This document shows, piece after piece, positions 39,810 through 52,089 of a stretch of DNA of 64,000 bases. The position numbers were made by a program, and so were the translations under genes. The notes beneath the pieces are model-generated. The model was given only the letters and a program-made list of their open reading frames with translations. It did no database searches and was not told the DNA's origin. Source of the stretch: Methanothermococcus sp. Ax23 (GTDB lineage: Archaea > AGJL01 > Methanococci > Methanococcales > Methanococcaceae); the NCBI RefSeq assembly GCF_049075655.1, contig NZ_CP157522.1, positions 800,001 to 864,000 of the forward strand. Direction: 5' to 3'. The first letter of the stretch is position 1. Every line of letters begins with the position of its first letter.

Positions 39810-40670
39810 ATGAATGGCGATATTGAAAAAATTTCCAATATTGTGGTTGAATTATTTAAAGAGGCGGCAATAACCCTTCCACATGATGTTAAAAATGCTT
39901 TAATCGAATCAATTGAAAAAGAAGAAAATGAATTATCTAAAAATACATTAAAGGCAATTGTTGAAAATATAGAAATTGCAGAGGAAAAAAATATCCCGAT
40001 GTGTCAGGATACCGGCGTTCCAATAGTGTTTTTAAAAATAGGCAAAAACATCAATTCATCAGACATAGAGGATATAATTGGCAAAATCAAAGAAGGAGTA
40101 AAAAAAGCGACTGAGGAGGTTCCTTTAAGACCTAATGTTGTTCATCCACTTAACAGGGAGAATTTAAAAACAAATGTTGGTCTCGGAGCTCCCTTTATAA
40201 ATTTTGAATTTGATGAAAATTTAGACAGAGAAATGGAAATAACAGTTTTCCCAAAAGGTGCAGGAAGCGAGAACATGAGTGCTTTAAAGATGCTAACTCC
40301 TGCTGAGGGAATAAAAGGTATAAAGAACTTTATCCTTGAAACAGTTGCCAATGCAGGTGGAAAACCATGCCCCCCAATACTATTAGGTATAGGTATTGGC
40401 GGAACTGCTGATTTGTCATTAAAACTTGCAAAAAAGGCACTTTTAAGAAAAATAGGTGAAAGACATAAAGATGAAGATATAGCAAAGTTGGAAATGGAAC
40501 TCTTGGAGGATATAAATAAATTAGGCATTGGAGCCATGGGACTTGGTGGAAATATTACAGCACTTGATGTGTTTATTGAAGTGATGGGGTGCCATACTGC
40601 ATCATTACCAGTTGGAGTATGTATTCAATGCTGGGCGAATAGGCGAGCTCGGAGGATAATAAAACTATAA
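39810..40670 (+). CDS. Fe-S fumarate hydratase alpha subunit
   Basis: PMCQDTG, PKGAGSENMS, GKPCPP, CHTASLPV, QCWANR. Confidence 0.9.
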   Translation: MNGDIEKISNIVVELFKEAAITLPHDVKNALIESIEKEENELSKNTLKAIVENIEIAEEKNIPMCQDTGVPIVFLKIGKNINSSDIEDIIGKIKEGVKKATEEVPLRPNVVHPLNRENLKTNVGLGAPFINFEFDENLDREMEITVFPKGAGSENMSALKMLTPAEGIKGIKNFILETVANAGGKPCPPILLGIGIGGTADLSLKLAKKALLRKIGERHKDEDIAKLEMELLEDINKLGIGAMGLGGNITALDVFIEVMGCHTASLPVGVCIQCWANRRARRIIKL

Positions 40671-40697
40671 GTAAAAAAAGATATAAAGAATAATCGA

Positions 40698-41798
40698 TTA
40701 AGGTTTCAAATAAAACAAATGGCTTTTACATTTACAGTCGGAGCTCCCAAAACCTTCAACAAAATCAAACATTTTCATCAAATCCCTTGATATATTACAC
40801 TCAACAGGGTTATTTGATATGTAAATCTCCTTTATAGGCCCGTGTTTTAATAAATAATCAATATGCCAGTGCATTTTTTTATCATCTCTTAAATGTCGCC
40901 CTATTCTTCTTTTTAAATTATTGGAGCTCCCCATTGCAGAGCCAACATAAAAATAATATCCTTTTTTAAATCGTTCTATTCTGTTTTTTCCAAAGGTTAT
41001 ATTTTTTGAATTATTTAATTTTATTTTTAAAATATAGGTTCCTTTTTCCTCTGGAATTTTATTTTTTGAAACCTTCTTAAAATTATACTGCTCTAAAATC
41101 TCGCTAAAATATCTTAATTTTTCATAATATGGACAGGTTTCTTTAATTTCATTAAAACATTTATCACATTTTGGAATTGGGGAGCAAACTTCCCTTCCAT
41201 AAACCACCAATAGATTATTTATAATTTTCCAATATTTTTTTGGAAGTTTTTTTCTCAGTTCCATTTCCGTTTCATCAGGATTTTCAGTATTTACATACTC
41301 CCATCTGTTGCAAATCCTATGAACATGGGTATCTACGCATATCCCATAATCATCAAATGCGAGAGTAATTACTAAATTTGCTGTTTTTCTCCCAACGCCA
41401 GGAAGTTTTATTAAATCTTCCAATTTGTTGGGTATTTTTCCACCATATTCATTTTTTACAATCTTTGCTAAATCTTTTAAATATTTTGCCTTAGTTTTGT
41501 AAAATCCAACTGGATAAATAATTTTTTCTAATTCATTTTGGTCTATATTTAGTAAATCATTTATGTTTTTTATTTTTTTAAATAATCTCTCTGAAACCTC
41601 TGATGTAGTTTCGTCCTTTGTTCTTGCACTTAAAACAGTAGATATAAGAACTTTAAATGCCTTAGTTTCTGCATCTTCAACCTGCTTTGATATTTCTTCA
41701 ACCACAGGGTTTTTGTTTAATTTTTTATATAATATATCTAAAAATCTCTGGAAATTTGAGATATCGTCCCTATTTTCAATATTGTAACTATTATTCAT
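40698..41798 (-). CDS. nth: Endonuclease III (HhH-GPD, 4Fe-4S) fused to a DUF123/GIY-YIG-like domain
   Basis: [25 protein letters not shown]; then GTYIL, YFYVGSA, HWHIDYL, GFGSSDC. Confidence 0.88.
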   Translation of the reverse strand: MNNSYNIENRDDISNFQRFLDILYKKLNKNPVVEEISKQVEDAETKAFKVLISTVLSARTKDETTSEVSERLFKKIKNINDLLNIDQNELEKIIYPVGFYKTKAKYLKDLAKIVKNEYGGKIPNKLEDLIKLPGVGRKTANLVITLAFDDYGICVDTHVHRICNRWEYVNTENPDETEMELRKKLPKKYWKIINNLLVVYGREVCSPIPKCDKCFNEIKETCPYYEKLRYFSEILEQYNFKKVSKNKIPEEKGTYILKIKLNNSKNITFGKNRIERFKKGYYFYVGSAMGSSNNLKRRIGRHLRDDKKMHWHIDYLLKHGPIKEIYISNNPVECNISRDLMKMFDFVEGFGSSDCKCKSHLFYLKP

Positions 41799-41883
41799 AT
41801 TGTCACTTTATATTAATGTCCTAAAATAGATATAATAAAATGTATATGAATAACATATAAAAAAGAAAGTAATTAAAGAATAG

Positions 41884-42432
41884 TTATCTATATGCTTTTA
41901 TTTTTTTCAGAACTTCTTCGTATTCACTATGATTTAGGATATGGTATTTTATTTTACATATTTTATTTCCCTTAGCCAAATACCCATTTTTCGTCCTAAC
42001 CGCTACATAATTAAAGCCCGCTTTCTTCCCCATAACCTCAAATAACATTGGCAATGGACATCCATCACCATCCAATTCAGCTCCTCCGATATTTTTTGGA
42101 CAATACGTGCAACCCATGGTTTTGCAATGTATATTGATTTCAAGAGTGCCATTATTATTTGTGATTACATCTAATTTATCACAAATACCCAACGCTTTAT
42201 TAATATCTAAAATAAACTCTTTGAAATCAAAATATTTGTCTTTTATATGCCCTCCAGATTTCAATACCTCGTATAGATTGGGTCCAATAACTTTTGCCAC
42301 TACATCTATGATTTCTTGTGGTTCAGTTATGAATTCTGCTATCATACCCAACAATGAAGCACAAATAAACTGCTGAGGTGATATATCACTATTAATGATT
42401 TCATCTATGGCATTTTGGTCAAGAATTTTCAT
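41884..42432 (-). CDS. Hypothetical Cys-containing protein (possibly V4R-like)
   Basis: CTYCP, GCP, C-terminal C; ATG 42432 after GGGGGT. Confidence 0.55.
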   Translation of the reverse strand: MKILDQNAIDEIINSDISPQQFICASLLGMIAEFITEPQEIIDVVAKVIGPNLYEVLKSGGHIKDKYFDFKEFILDINKALGICDKLDVITNNNGTLEINIHCKTMGCTYCPKNIGGAELDGDGCPLPMLFEVMGKKAGFNYVAVRTKNGYLAKGNKICKIKYHILNHSEYEEVLKKIKAYR

Positions 42433-42651
42433 GATTACCCCCAAACTATCATTTCTTTTACATTTATTTTGATATATGTAGTAATTAGGTGTAATTACAT
42501 ATGTATACGAATATACAATCGTATATGTATGTAACATATAGTGTATATTAAACCATATACTTATATATAATTTATGACATAAATGTTATTAAAAAAATTA
42601 AATGTGGCTATTAATTAAATTAGACGATAGTTATTTAGTTAATTGTTATAA

Positions 42652-43674
42652 TCATTTCATTAATCCCATAGCTTTGTTTGTCATTTCAATGGATTTCATA
42701 TTGTCATCTTCCATCTGCAACATTGACCTTATACAGTCTATATTTTCAGGAATTACATCACTTTCTTGATGGACTGCCTGCATCAAGAACAATTCATTAC
42801 CTACTACATTTATACTTTCTTCCCATATTGGAATCTCCCATAAATCATACCTAGGTCTCCCCAAATCTCTTGCAAATTCAATTATTGTGGCAGTTGAGTT
42901 TAAACCATCTTCTGCACTTACCGTAAATACCCTTGGAGTTTTCTCAATAGCATCAATTATATCATCTCTTGTTGTTCCTGTGGTTTCCACCATTAAAGAA
43001 TGCATGTGCATCAGTGTTGTAGGAACTATTACCGCGGAAGTAATTATTTTATCCTTGAACTCTGGAACCACAGAAGCCACATCTGGTCCGTGATGTGATG
43101 GAACAGTTGGTGGATTTGGAACTATTGCATTTATTGGTCCTCTTTTTGCATCGTTTGGGTCTGCCCCCCTTCTTATTAAAACAACCCTTGCTTTTACGAT
43201 GTCGGTGGTTGAATTTATGGCATATAAAGTTCTACATAATCCTGTGGTGTTGCAGGATACTGCTCTTATGTAATCCTTTCCATAACATCTATCGTAGCTC
43301 CAAAGTGCGTTAAAATTATCTTCCACATATTGTGCTTTTTCACCACCTTGAAGTATTGCCTTTACTTTATATTTTTTATATATATTTTCCAAATTATCTT
43401 TTCCTACCCCCCCTGGGGCACAATCTACCACAATATCTGCTTCCTCTATTACATCAAAAATTGTTCCCTCAATTTCGATTCCCTTTTCCTCAAACAAGGA
43501 TTTTCTCTCAGGAATGGCAGCGTATAACTTATATCCTTTATCGACAGCCATTTTTGCTTCAAAGTTAGGTTTTGTTTTTGTAACACCAATTACTTCCATA
43601 TCTTTCTGTTTTGATACAGCGTCTGCTACTCTTTTACCTATTGAACCATAACCATTTATCAGAACTTTTACCAT
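42652..43674 (-). CDS. gap: Glyceraldehyde-3-phosphate dehydrogenase, archaeal type II
   Basis: [32 protein letters not shown]. Confidence 0.95.
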   Translation of the reverse strand: MVKVLINGYGSIGKRVADAVSKQKDMEVIGVTKTKPNFEAKMAVDKGYKLYAAIPERKSLFEEKGIEIEGTIFDVIEEADIVVDCAPGGVGKDNLENIYKKYKVKAILQGGEKAQYVEDNFNALWSYDRCYGKDYIRAVSCNTTGLCRTLYAINSTTDIVKARVVLIRRGADPNDAKRGPINAIVPNPPTVPSHHGPDVASVVPEFKDKIITSAVIVPTTLMHMHSLMVETTGTTRDDIIDAIEKTPRVFTVSAEDGLNSTATIIEFARDLGRPRYDLWEIPIWEESINVVGNELFLMQAVHQESDVIPENIDCIRSMLQMEDDNMKSIEMTNKAMGLMK

Positions 43675-43830
43675 AACTATCCTCCCAAGATTTTTATTAT
43701 TTGATAAATAAAATTATATAAACATGAATATATAAACATTATTTATTATTTTGATTATATAATACTTTTGATAGCAATGTTAATTAATATATTGATTATG
43801 GGATTATAAGATTGAAAATGGTGGTGCAAT

Positions 43831-44688
43831 ATGTTATCCACATTAAAAACAGCTTTGCTAATGGCATTATTGACGGGTTTGTTATATGGAGCATTCCTGC
43901 TTTTCCATATTCATCCATTAATTGCAATAATGCTTGCATTAATACCAAACCTTATAGCTTATTTTTACAGTGATAAAATCGTATTGATGAGTTATGGTGC
44001 AAAAATTGTAGATGAAAGGGAAGCTCCCTCTCTTCATAGGATTGTTGAAAATGTGGCAAGTCGGGCGGGGATTCCAAAGCCAAAGGTTGCAATAGTAGAT
44101 ACCCCAACACCAAATGCCTTTGCAACAGGGAGAAATCCAAAACATGCAGTGGTTGCAGTCACAACAGGTATATTAAATATATTAACTCCACAGGAGCTCG
44201 AAGGTGTTATTGCTCATGAGATAAGTCATATAAAACACAGGGATATATTGATAAGCTCCATTGTTGCTGTAATGGCTGGTGCTATCGTATATCTTGCAAA
44301 TATGCTTCAATGGGGGCTATTGTTCGGATTTGGTGGAGATGATGAAGATAATCCACTGGCATTCATAGGCTCAATATTATTTATGATATTGGCACCTATT
44401 GCTGCAACTCTCATACAGTTTGCAATTTCTAGGCAGAGGGAATTTTATGCTGATGAGGGTGGTGCAAAATATTCAAATCCTGTATATCTTGCAAATGCCC
44501 TAGCAAAGCTTGAAAGAGGAGTAAGCCTCTACCCACTGGAACACGGAAATCCTGCAACAGAACACATGTTTATTGTAAATCCATTTAGGGGGAAAAGTTT
44601 AATGAAATTGTTTTCAACACACCCTTCAACAGAAGAAAGAATAGAAAGATTAATGGAGATGGCAAGAAATCCAAGATATTTAGGATAA
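43831..44688 (+). CDS. htpX: Zinc metalloprotease HtpX
   Basis: [26 protein letters not shown]. Confidence 0.95.
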   Translation: MLSTLKTALLMALLTGLLYGAFLLFHIHPLIAIMLALIPNLIAYFYSDKIVLMSYGAKIVDEREAPSLHRIVENVASRAGIPKPKVAIVDTPTPNAFATGRNPKHAVVAVTTGILNILTPQELEGVIAHEISHIKHRDILISSIVAVMAGAIVYLANMLQWGLLFGFGGDDEDNPLAFIGSILFMILAPIAATLIQFAISRQREFYADEGGAKYSNPVYLANALAKLERGVSLYPLEHGNPATEHMFIVNPFRGKSLMKLFSTHPSTEERIERLMEMARNPRYLG

Positions 44689-44741
44689 TACAAATTTAGG
44701 ATAATACAAAACATGTATATAAATCTAAAAAAGGTAAAAAC

Positions 44742-45395
44742 ATGGAAATTGGACTGACTGTTGTGGTAGACAATAAAGTAGGAGTTTTACATAAATTAAC
44801 AGGCGTTATTTCAAAATTAGGGGGAAATATATTATATACTCAGCAATTTATAAAGGATGATAATACAGGATTAATTTATATGGAAATAGAAAATATAGAT
44901 GATGAAAAAACACTTATAGATACAATAAAATCAATGGACTGTGTTAAGGAGGCTGAGCTCCACAACACACTTAAAAAAATATTTGGTAAAAGAATAATTA
45001 TAATAGGCGGGGGAGCTCAGGTTTCACAGGTTGCACTTGGAGCAATAAGCGAAGCAGACCGACACAACATAAGGGGAGAAAGAATAAGTATCGACACAAT
45101 GCCCGTGGTTGGAGAGGATAATTTAGCCGATGCAGTTTCATCTGTTGAAAATCTTCCAAGGGTTGGACTTTTGGTTCTTGCCGGCTCTCTAATGGGTGGA
45201 AAAATAACGGACGCAGTAAAGAGACTTAAAGAAAAAACAGGTATATATGTTATATCCTTAAATATGTTTGGAAGTGTTCCAAAAGTAGCTGATTTGGTGA
45301 TTACAGACCCAGTTCAGGCTGGGGTGATTGCTGTAATGACAATTGCAGATACGGCAAAATTTGACATAAATAAGGTAAAGGGAAGGGTCATTTAA
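44742..45395 (+). CDS. ACT-domain protein (DUF5612-like)
   Basis: NKVGVLH...GNI ACT domain; GGGAQV, EADRHNIRGERIS. Confidence 0.8.
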   Translation: MEIGLTVVVDNKVGVLHKLTGVISKLGGNILYTQQFIKDDNTGLIYMEIENIDDEKTLIDTIKSMDCVKEAELHNTLKKIFGKRIIIIGGGAQVSQVALGAISEADRHNIRGERISIDTMPVVGEDNLADAVSSVENLPRVGLLVLAGSLMGGKITDAVKRLKEKTGIYVISLNMFGSVPKVADLVITDPVQAGVIAVMTIADTAKFDINKVKGRVI

Positions 45396-45446
45396 CAGAA
45401 ATCTATTTATACAACCTTACAACATAAAATTTATTAAATTAAATTT

Positions 45447-45875
45447 ATGGTGAAAAAAATGGGAAGCATAGTAGGTATATTAATATTAGTAGGAATTGGA
45501 CTTATTATTGGATATTTGCTATTTGGTAGAAAAAAGGAAAAGGTAGTATATATGCAAAATGCCCCGGGAATTCCAAGTGGTAGAACAGTTGGAAGTGGTG
45601 GGGCAATTGGTGGAGGACGGAGCTCCTATGGACACAGCAGGGGAGGTTCAGGAGGTTCAGGCAGTAGCATGTTGGGAACAGCAGCAGCGGTTGCAGGAGG
45701 GGTTGTTGCAGGGGAATTAATTGCTGATGCAGTGGATGACATGATGGACGGAGATGTTATTGATGGAATACAGGAAGGGATAGATGATGCAGTAGATTAT
45801 GTAGGGGACGCTATTGAAGATGCAGGAGAATTTGTTGAAGATGTAATTGATGATGTCGGAGACTTTGATTTTTAA
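45447..45875 (+). CDS. Hypothetical membrane-anchored Gly-rich/acidic protein
   Basis: N-terminal TM helix, Gly/Ser tract, AAAVAGGV, Asp-rich tail. Confidence 0.65.
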   Translation: MVKKMGSIVGILILVGIGLIIGYLLFGRKKEKVVYMQNAPGIPSGRTVGSGGAIGGGRSSYGHSRGGSGGSGSSMLGTAAAVAGGVVAGELIADAVDDMMDGDVIDGIQEGIDDAVDYVGDAIEDAGEFVEDVIDDVGDFDF

Positions 45876-45928
45876 TTTTGTATAATTTTTATTTTTTCAT
45901 TTTTATAATTTTATTGATTTATTTTTGA

Positions 45929-47053
45929 TTATTTTTTATTTTTATTATATTCACAAATCCATTCAACAACATCAACAACTTTTGCGTCAGTTTTAATGCC
46001 GTTTGGATTGTAATGAGTTCTTGATACTTTAAATCCGTTCTGTTTTAACCCATCCATTAAGTCATTTATTGGTGGCACGAGCTCTTTTATAAAACTACAA
46101 ATTTCATGAATATCGTAGCACCCGATTTGATTTATTTGGCATTCCTCGGATATGGTTTTTATAATCTTTCTACTCCTCTCTGAGTAGTTTCTATCATCTG
46201 CAACTTTTAATGCACCATTTACAATATTTAAATCGTTTATCTTATCTAAATAAAACAATCCTCCAAATCCTTTTTCAAATCCTTCTTCACGGATCTTTAT
46301 AATCTTTTCTTCATTAACATTTTTTATATATCCCAACTTCTTGACTGCCTCATCCGCTTTTTTTGCCCCTCTCTCAGTAATTAAGAATGTTCTGGCATAA
46401 TGGTCTGTAATATGCGAGAATATGGGTCTAAGCCCTACATCGTATTTAGATGCTACCCTTATGGCGTATCCGATTAATAACCTTATAGCTACTTCCTTAT
46501 CGCCTTTAAGTGGAATGGCGTCGTAATTTCTAATGCATGCCTTTTTATATGCTCCGCACAAAACCGCCGTATCTGTGGCAGTCATGCATAAAATCCCGTT
46601 TTTTGTAATGCAACTTCGCACCGCACTATCGATATATGGATTGGGGGAACCGAAGGGGTCTAAATCCACTACATTGAATGTTCTGAAATTCTCTGAAAGA
46701 AGAACATTGGCATCCTTATGTATGATTTCCACATTATCCAGTTCATTTACTTTTAGGTTTTCCTTTGCCAGTTTTACAGCATTGGGATTTATATCTCCAA
46801 TTACTACTTTTACAGTTCCAGAAGGGTTTTTTAACTCCTTGGCATATCTTAATCCTCTTGCACCGCTTCCACCTAGTGGGTCACATATTATAAATTCATC
46901 CCTTTTGTAATTGTTTAAGAAACTCTGAATTACTGAAACAGAGATGTCCCTGTTAATTTCCATTATTGGATTGTAAAATATTTTATCCTTTTTTGACAGT
47001 GTCCTATCCTTTGGAACTTTTAATTTTGTGTTTCCCTCGGTAATGATTTTCAT
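45929..47053 (-). CDS. trm1: tRNA G26 N2,N2-dimethyltransferase
   Basis: FYNPIMEINRD, GSGARGLRY, DLDPFGSP, TATD. Confidence 0.95.
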   Translation of the reverse strand: MKIITEGNTKLKVPKDRTLSKKDKIFYNPIMEINRDISVSVIQSFLNNYKRDEFIICDPLGGSGARGLRYAKELKNPSGTVKVVIGDINPNAVKLAKENLKVNELDNVEIIHKDANVLLSENFRTFNVVDLDPFGSPNPYIDSAVRSCITKNGILCMTATDTAVLCGAYKKACIRNYDAIPLKGDKEVAIRLLIGYAIRVASKYDVGLRPIFSHITDHYARTFLITERGAKKADEAVKKLGYIKNVNEEKIIKIREEGFEKGFGGLFYLDKINDLNIVNGALKVADDRNYSERSRKIIKTISEECQINQIGCYDIHEICSFIKELVPPINDLMDGLKQNGFKVSRTHYNPNGIKTDAKVVDVVEWICEYNKNKK

Positions 47054-47181
47054 GAGCTCACCAATATATTTCCTTTAAATATAGTATATATTAAATATAA
47101 GTTTATGAAATGATATTTGGTAATTTAAATTAAATAAATAATATTGTTATTTTTATATATAATCATCTTATTGGTGAAAAT

Positions 47182-48162
47182 GTGATACTTGGAATAGATA
47201 TTGGAGGAGCAAACACAAAAATAACAGAATTAAAGGACAACAGCTATAAAATTCACCATATATATTTCCCAATGTGGAAAAATAGTGAAAAACTTACGGA
47301 GCTCCTACAAAAATATAACAATGAAAATATAAAAAAAGTGGCAGTAGTGATGACTGCTGAGCTCGCGGATGCTTATGAAACTAAAAAGGAAGGTGTGAAT
47401 GATATATTAAATTCCGTTGAAAAAGCATTTCCAAATAAGGAAATTTATGTTTTTGATGTTGATGGAAATTTTTTAACAACCGATGAGGCAAGGAGAGAAT
47501 ATTTAAAAGTTTCTGCATCCAACTGGACAGCTACGGCAAATTTTGTGTGCAACAGCATAAACAACAACTGTATACTTGTTGATATGGGCTCTACAACAAC
47601 GGATATAATTCCTATAAAAAATGGAAGCATAATGGCAAATAAAACAGATTTAGATAGATTGATGAATAATGAGCTGGTTTATGTAGGAGCTCTTAGGACT
47701 CCACTGTCATTTTTAGGAAATACTGTATTGTATAAAGGAAAAGAAACAAATATATCTTCGGAATACTTTGCAATCACAGGGGATATAAATGTTATTTTAG
47801 ATAAAATTACACCAAAACAATATACCTGCGACACCCCCGATGGTGCATCTCCCGATAAAAAACATAGCACAATAAGAATATCGAGAGTTTTATGCGGTGA
47901 TTTGGAGCAGATAGATGAGAAGGAAGTAATTGACATAGCAAACCAGTTCTACAACAAACTTTTAAATCTGATAAAATACAATGTTGATAATGTTTCTGAA
48001 AAATATGGTTTAAATGATATTGTAATTACAGGACTTGGAGAGGAGATTTTAAAGGATGCATTAATGGATTACAATATTATTTCAATTAAAGAAGAATATG
48101 ATGAGGATGTATCCCTTGCCACCCCAAGTTTTGCAGTAGCCGAATTACTCAGCAATAAATAA
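47182..48162 (+). CDS. mfnF: Hydantoinase/oxoprolinase-family methanofuran biosynthesis protein
   Basis: GIDIGGANTK, MTAELAD, ASNW, DMGSTTTDIIP. Confidence 0.82.
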   Translation: MILGIDIGGANTKITELKDNSYKIHHIYFPMWKNSEKLTELLQKYNNENIKKVAVVMTAELADAYETKKEGVNDILNSVEKAFPNKEIYVFDVDGNFLTTDEARREYLKVSASNWTATANFVCNSINNNCILVDMGSTTTDIIPIKNGSIMANKTDLDRLMNNELVYVGALRTPLSFLGNTVLYKGKETNISSEYFAITGDINVILDKITPKQYTCDTPDGASPDKKHSTIRISRVLCGDLEQIDEKEVIDIANQFYNKLLNLIKYNVDNVSEKYGLNDIVITGLGEEILKDALMDYNIISIKEEYDEDVSLATPSFAVAELLSNK

Positions 48163-48286
48163 AAATAAAAATGAGATGATACATTAACCATAATTATAAC
48201 TCAATAAATTATCATTAACATAATCTTAATAATCTTAATTTTAAAATAGGATAATATTTTTTATTAATTTTAAAAGGTGATAACAA

Positions 48287-48346
48287 TCAGGCGAAATAAA
48301 AAATTTCGCTACTGTTATCACTAAAAAAAGAGAAAGCGTGATAACA
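48287..48346. repeat. Third copy of the double-hairpin element, in the argG leader
   Basis: tcag-gcgaaat/atttcgc-ta-c-tgttatcac taaaaaaagagaaagc gtgataaca; a second gtgataaca lies just upstream at 48277-48285. Confidence 0.85.
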
Positions 48347-49548
48347 TGACAGAAAAGGAAAAAATAGCAGTTTTGGCATATTCAGGAGGACTTGACACAA
48401 GTTGCTGTTTAAAATTGTTGGAAGACAAATACAATTATAAGGTAGTTTCAGCATGCGTTGATGTTGGACAGCCAGAGGAAGAATTAAAAGAACCAGAAGA
48501 AAAGGCAAAAAAATACGGCGTTTATGCACACTATACAATAGATGCTAAGGAAGAATTTGCAAAAGACTACATATTCAGGGCAATAAAGGCAAACGCAATG
48601 TATGAAGGCTATCCATTATCAACTTCATTAGCAAGACCCCTTATAGCTTTGAAATTGGTTGAATTGGCTAAGGAGTTAAACGCTGATGCAGTAGCACACG
48701 GATGCACTGGAAAAGGAAATGACCAATTCAGATTTGAAACAATAATTAGGGCAAAAGCACCAGATATGGAAGTAATTGCTCCAATTAGGGATTTAAACTT
48801 AACAAGAAATGAAGAAATTGAATATGCAAAACAGCACGGTATTCCAATACCTACTGAAAGCAAAAAATACAGTATTGACGAAAACCTTTGGGGAAGAAGT
48901 ATTGAAGGTGGTGTTTTAGAAGACCCAATGTTTGAAACACCAGAAGACGCATTCGCATGGACAAAAAACCCAAAGGAATGTAAAGAAGAAGAATATGTTG
49001 AAATAGAGTTTGAAAATGGTGTTCCTGTCAAAATAAATGGAAAGGAAATGAATCCTGTTGATATAATAAGGGAAGCAAATAAAATAGCGGGAAGAAACGG
49101 CGTTGGAAGAATAGATATAATCGAAGATAGGATATTAGGCTTAAAATCAAGAGAAAACTACGAATGTCCAGGTGCTGTTATGCTTATAACTGCACACAAG
49201 GCACTGGAACAATTGGTTCTCACAAGAGAAGAATTGAAGTTTAAGGAAATGGTGGATTCTATTTACGCAGATTTAATCTACAAGGGACTTTGGCATGAAC
49301 CATTGAGAGAAGATTTGGACGCATTCATTGATAAAACACAGGAAAGAGTATGCGGAAAAGTTAGATTAAAATTATACGCTGGTTCAATGAGAATAGTAGG
49401 AAGAGAAAGCCCTTGTGCATTATACAGTCAGGAGCTCGTATCATTCGAAGATAAAGATTTAGACCAAAGGGAAATTGTTGGAATGGTTAAATTCCACGGA
49501 TTGCAGGCGGCACTTTACGAAGCTGTGAAAAACAAAAATAGAAAATAA
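48346..49548 (+). CDS. argG: Argininosuccinate synthase
   Basis: [36 protein letters not shown]. Confidence 0.97.
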   Translation: MTEKEKIAVLAYSGGLDTSCCLKLLEDKYNYKVVSACVDVGQPEEELKEPEEKAKKYGVYAHYTIDAKEEFAKDYIFRAIKANAMYEGYPLSTSLARPLIALKLVELAKELNADAVAHGCTGKGNDQFRFETIIRAKAPDMEVIAPIRDLNLTRNEEIEYAKQHGIPIPTESKKYSIDENLWGRSIEGGVLEDPMFETPEDAFAWTKNPKECKEEEYVEIEFENGVPVKINGKEMNPVDIIREANKIAGRNGVGRIDIIEDRILGLKSRENYECPGAVMLITAHKALEQLVLTREELKFKEMVDSIYADLIYKGLWHEPLREDLDAFIDKTQERVCGKVRLKLYAGSMRIVGRESPCALYSQELVSFEDKDLDQREIVGMVKFHGLQAALYEAVKNKNRK

Positions 49549-49688
49549 GAATAAATGAAAATAAGAAATATAAGAACTTTTTATTTATTTTTTATCATTA
49601 TAATTTTTTATTTTTTTTAACTAATTTATTTTAATTATTTTCTAATTATTATTTTAATTTCTAATTATTATTTTAATTATTTTTTATT

Positions 49689-50318
49689 TTAAATAAAATA
49701 CTCCAATAGTGGATGACTTATTGTATATATGCCAATTAACAGGATTATAACACCACTTATTAATGGAAGTTTGTTTATGTCTTTACTCTGAACATATTTT
49801 TCTATAAACTGTTTACCCCTTACAAATAGTGCCGATAACAGAGATATACTCAGTGCAAGCCCCAAACTAAATATAAACACATAAACAAGTCCATCGTATA
49901 GATTACCACTTGTTATGCTAAACAATAGTACAGCAAGAGCCGCAGGACATGGAACAAGTCCCGCAGAAAGACCTACTGCCAAAACTCCTTTTTTTGTGTC
50001 TATTTTATGCTCGTGAGGATGGAAATAATTTTTTAAAATCCAAATTCCCACAGTGAGTAATATCCCACCACCAATCATACTCATTATATCATGAGTCATC
50101 TCTGAGCTCATAGTTCCAACTAGATATATTGAAAGAATGCCCAATGCAAAAACTATTGAGGTATGAGATACCACCACTGTTAGACCAAGAAGCAGTGCAT
50201 CTTTTAAACCTGCTCCCGTTCCCATAATATAAGCCGCCATAACTGATTTTCCATGTCCAGGTTCAAGGGCATGCATGAAACCAAGTGTGAATGCAGTTAG
50301 TATCCATAGGAGCTCCAT
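49689..50318 (-). CDS. Ni/Co transporter, RcnA/NicO-like
   Basis: HALEPGHGK, SHT, HPHEH, GLVPCP. Confidence 0.85.
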   Translation of the reverse strand: MELLWILTAFTLGFMHALEPGHGKSVMAAYIMGTGAGLKDALLLGLTVVVSHTSIVFALGILSIYLVGTMSSEMTHDIMSMIGGGILLTVGIWILKNYFHPHEHKIDTKKGVLAVGLSAGLVPCPAALAVLLFSITSGNLYDGLVYVFIFSLGLALSISLLSALFVRGKQFIEKYVQSKDINKLPLISGVIILLIGIYTISHPLLEYFI

Positions 50319-50526
50319 AAAAATCACCGTAATATTAACTATTTAAATAAATTAAATATATTATTACCTAATAATACTAAATTGTGATTGGTATATAAAT
50401 ATGTTATTACTAAAAAAAGTAAATTGTTGAATATTAAAAATGTCTTTAATTGAAAATTTTAATAAAATATATGAAAAATAAAAAAATGATATTAATCAAT
50501 AAATTGTTAAAATTAGAAAATAGAAA

Positions 50527-51468
50527 TTAAATATCTTTAACTTCATTCCAGCAATTTTTTACAACTTCAACAGAGTGTTTAAATGCATTAAATTCATCAT
50601 CGCTTATTTTTATAGGAACTACTTCTTCTATTCCATTTTTTCCAACTTTAACGGGAACTCCAATACATACGTCTTTTATCCCATCTATTTCTCCATCCAA
50701 ATAGGCGGAAAGTGTCAATAGTCGTTTATCATTGTTGGTTATGCATTTAACAACATTCACTATGGCAGATGCTGGACCATACTCAGAACCTCCTTTTAAT
50801 TCTATTATTCTTTTCCCCCCATTTTTTACGAAATCAACTGTTTTTTGGTATGGGAAATTTTCAAAACCGGGCAATCGAGTTATGGGAATACCCCCAATTG
50901 CTGTGGCACTTAACAATGGAACCATGGTGTCTCCATGCTCTCCAATTATTCTTGTTCTAACATCACCAATATGCACTCCGAAATATTTTGCAATTGCCAC
51001 CTTAAATCTCATGGAATCTAAATGGGTTCCCAATCCAAAAACTTGATTTTTTTCATAGCCGCTTTCAACCAATGCCTTTTGAGTCATTACATCAACGGGA
51101 TTTGTTACTATAAACAATTTTGTGTCGCAGGTTTTTGAAATACCCCTCACATAGTTTTTAATGATTTTTGCATTTTCTTTTGCCAAATCAAGTCTTGACA
51201 TTTTATTATTTCTTGGAACGCCTGCTGGAATAATGGTAATTTCACTCCCATCCACCACTGAAAGGTCTTTCTCACTATGGACTTCAATTTCTGCATCCCT
51301 TCCCTCAGCTGCAAGAGCGTCATATATGTCCATTTTTATTCCCTTTAATTTGTTCAAGGATTTCTCTCTCGATATTAAATTTATATGCTTTATAGAAGAT
51401 TCTTTTGCAAGTAAAAAGGATACTGCTGACCCAATTCTTCCAGAAGCCCCAATTACGGACACCTTCAT
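50527..51468 (-). CDS. mdh: LDH-like malate/L-2-hydroxyacid dehydrogenase
   Basis: IGASGRIG, AGVPR, TNPVD, LDSMR, GEHGD. Confidence 0.9.
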   Translation of the reverse strand: MKVSVIGASGRIGSAVSFLLAKESSIKHINLISREKSLNKLKGIKMDIYDALAAEGRDAEIEVHSEKDLSVVDGSEITIIPAGVPRNNKMSRLDLAKENAKIIKNYVRGISKTCDTKLFIVTNPVDVMTQKALVESGYEKNQVFGLGTHLDSMRFKVAIAKYFGVHIGDVRTRIIGEHGDTMVPLLSATAIGGIPITRLPGFENFPYQKTVDFVKNGGKRIIELKGGSEYGPASAIVNVVKCITNNDKRLLTLSAYLDGEIDGIKDVCIGVPVKVGKNGIEEVVPIKISDDEFNAFKHSVEVVKNCWNEVKDI

Positions 51469-51714
51469 AATCTCACCTTGGATTTATATTATTAAAAAAA
51501 ATTTGATTAAATATTAAACCATAATCTATATATATGTTAAGATTTGTAATATTTATAACAAATTTATTATTAATAAATGTTATAAAATATGTGGTATTAT
51601 TACTAAATTTAAAATAAAAAATTATAAATATGGATTATATACTATTAAGATTTAATTTAACAAATATAAAATTTATTTTAATTAAGGTAGGATAATTTAT
51701 TTGAGGTCGGTGCT

Positions 51715-51939
51715 ATGAAAAAATTCAACATGGAAGATGTGGATGAAATAGATGAAATAGATAAACTGGCAATAAACATATTAATAAATGCCCCTCTAAT
51801 GTCAGAACATGAGATGAAATATGCAATAAACAGGCTAAAAAGGATAGCAAAGAAAAAAAAGAACAATGAACGAAAAAAAGTAAATGATATATTGGATTAT
51901 TGGGCTAACAAAGCTTATGCTATTTCAATGAAATCCTAA
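51715..51939 (+). CDS. Small hypothetical protein
   Basis: 74-aa ORF with GAGGT RBS in an otherwise empty gap. Confidence 0.65.
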   Translation: MKKFNMEDVDEIDEIDKLAINILINAPLMSEHEMKYAINRLKRIAKKKKNNERKKVNDILDYWANKAYAISMKS

Positions 51940-52089
51940 TTATTTTTAAATCCTACTATTTTTATTTTTTTATAGTTGGACATAATATATGATATTATCG
52001 GAGCTCCGCAGTATTCGAAATTTACTTTTTATAGATGATTATTTAAATATGGCATTTCAATATTTTTAAAAAATACTAACTGTGATTGT

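Noticed and set aside
40698-41798. Nth-GIY-YIG fusion as a novelty
   Set aside because: As I recall, this fusion is already known in Methanococcales.
49620-49688. AT-rich short direct repeats (also tatatagattgtttt x2 near 56194-56222)
   Set aside because: Low-complexity intergenic or terminator sequence, expected at this AT content.
50329-50367. GTAATA...TATTAC as a NikR box upstream of the Ni/Co transporter
   Set aside because: The spacing is 27 nt rather than the ~16 nt expected, in AT-rich background.
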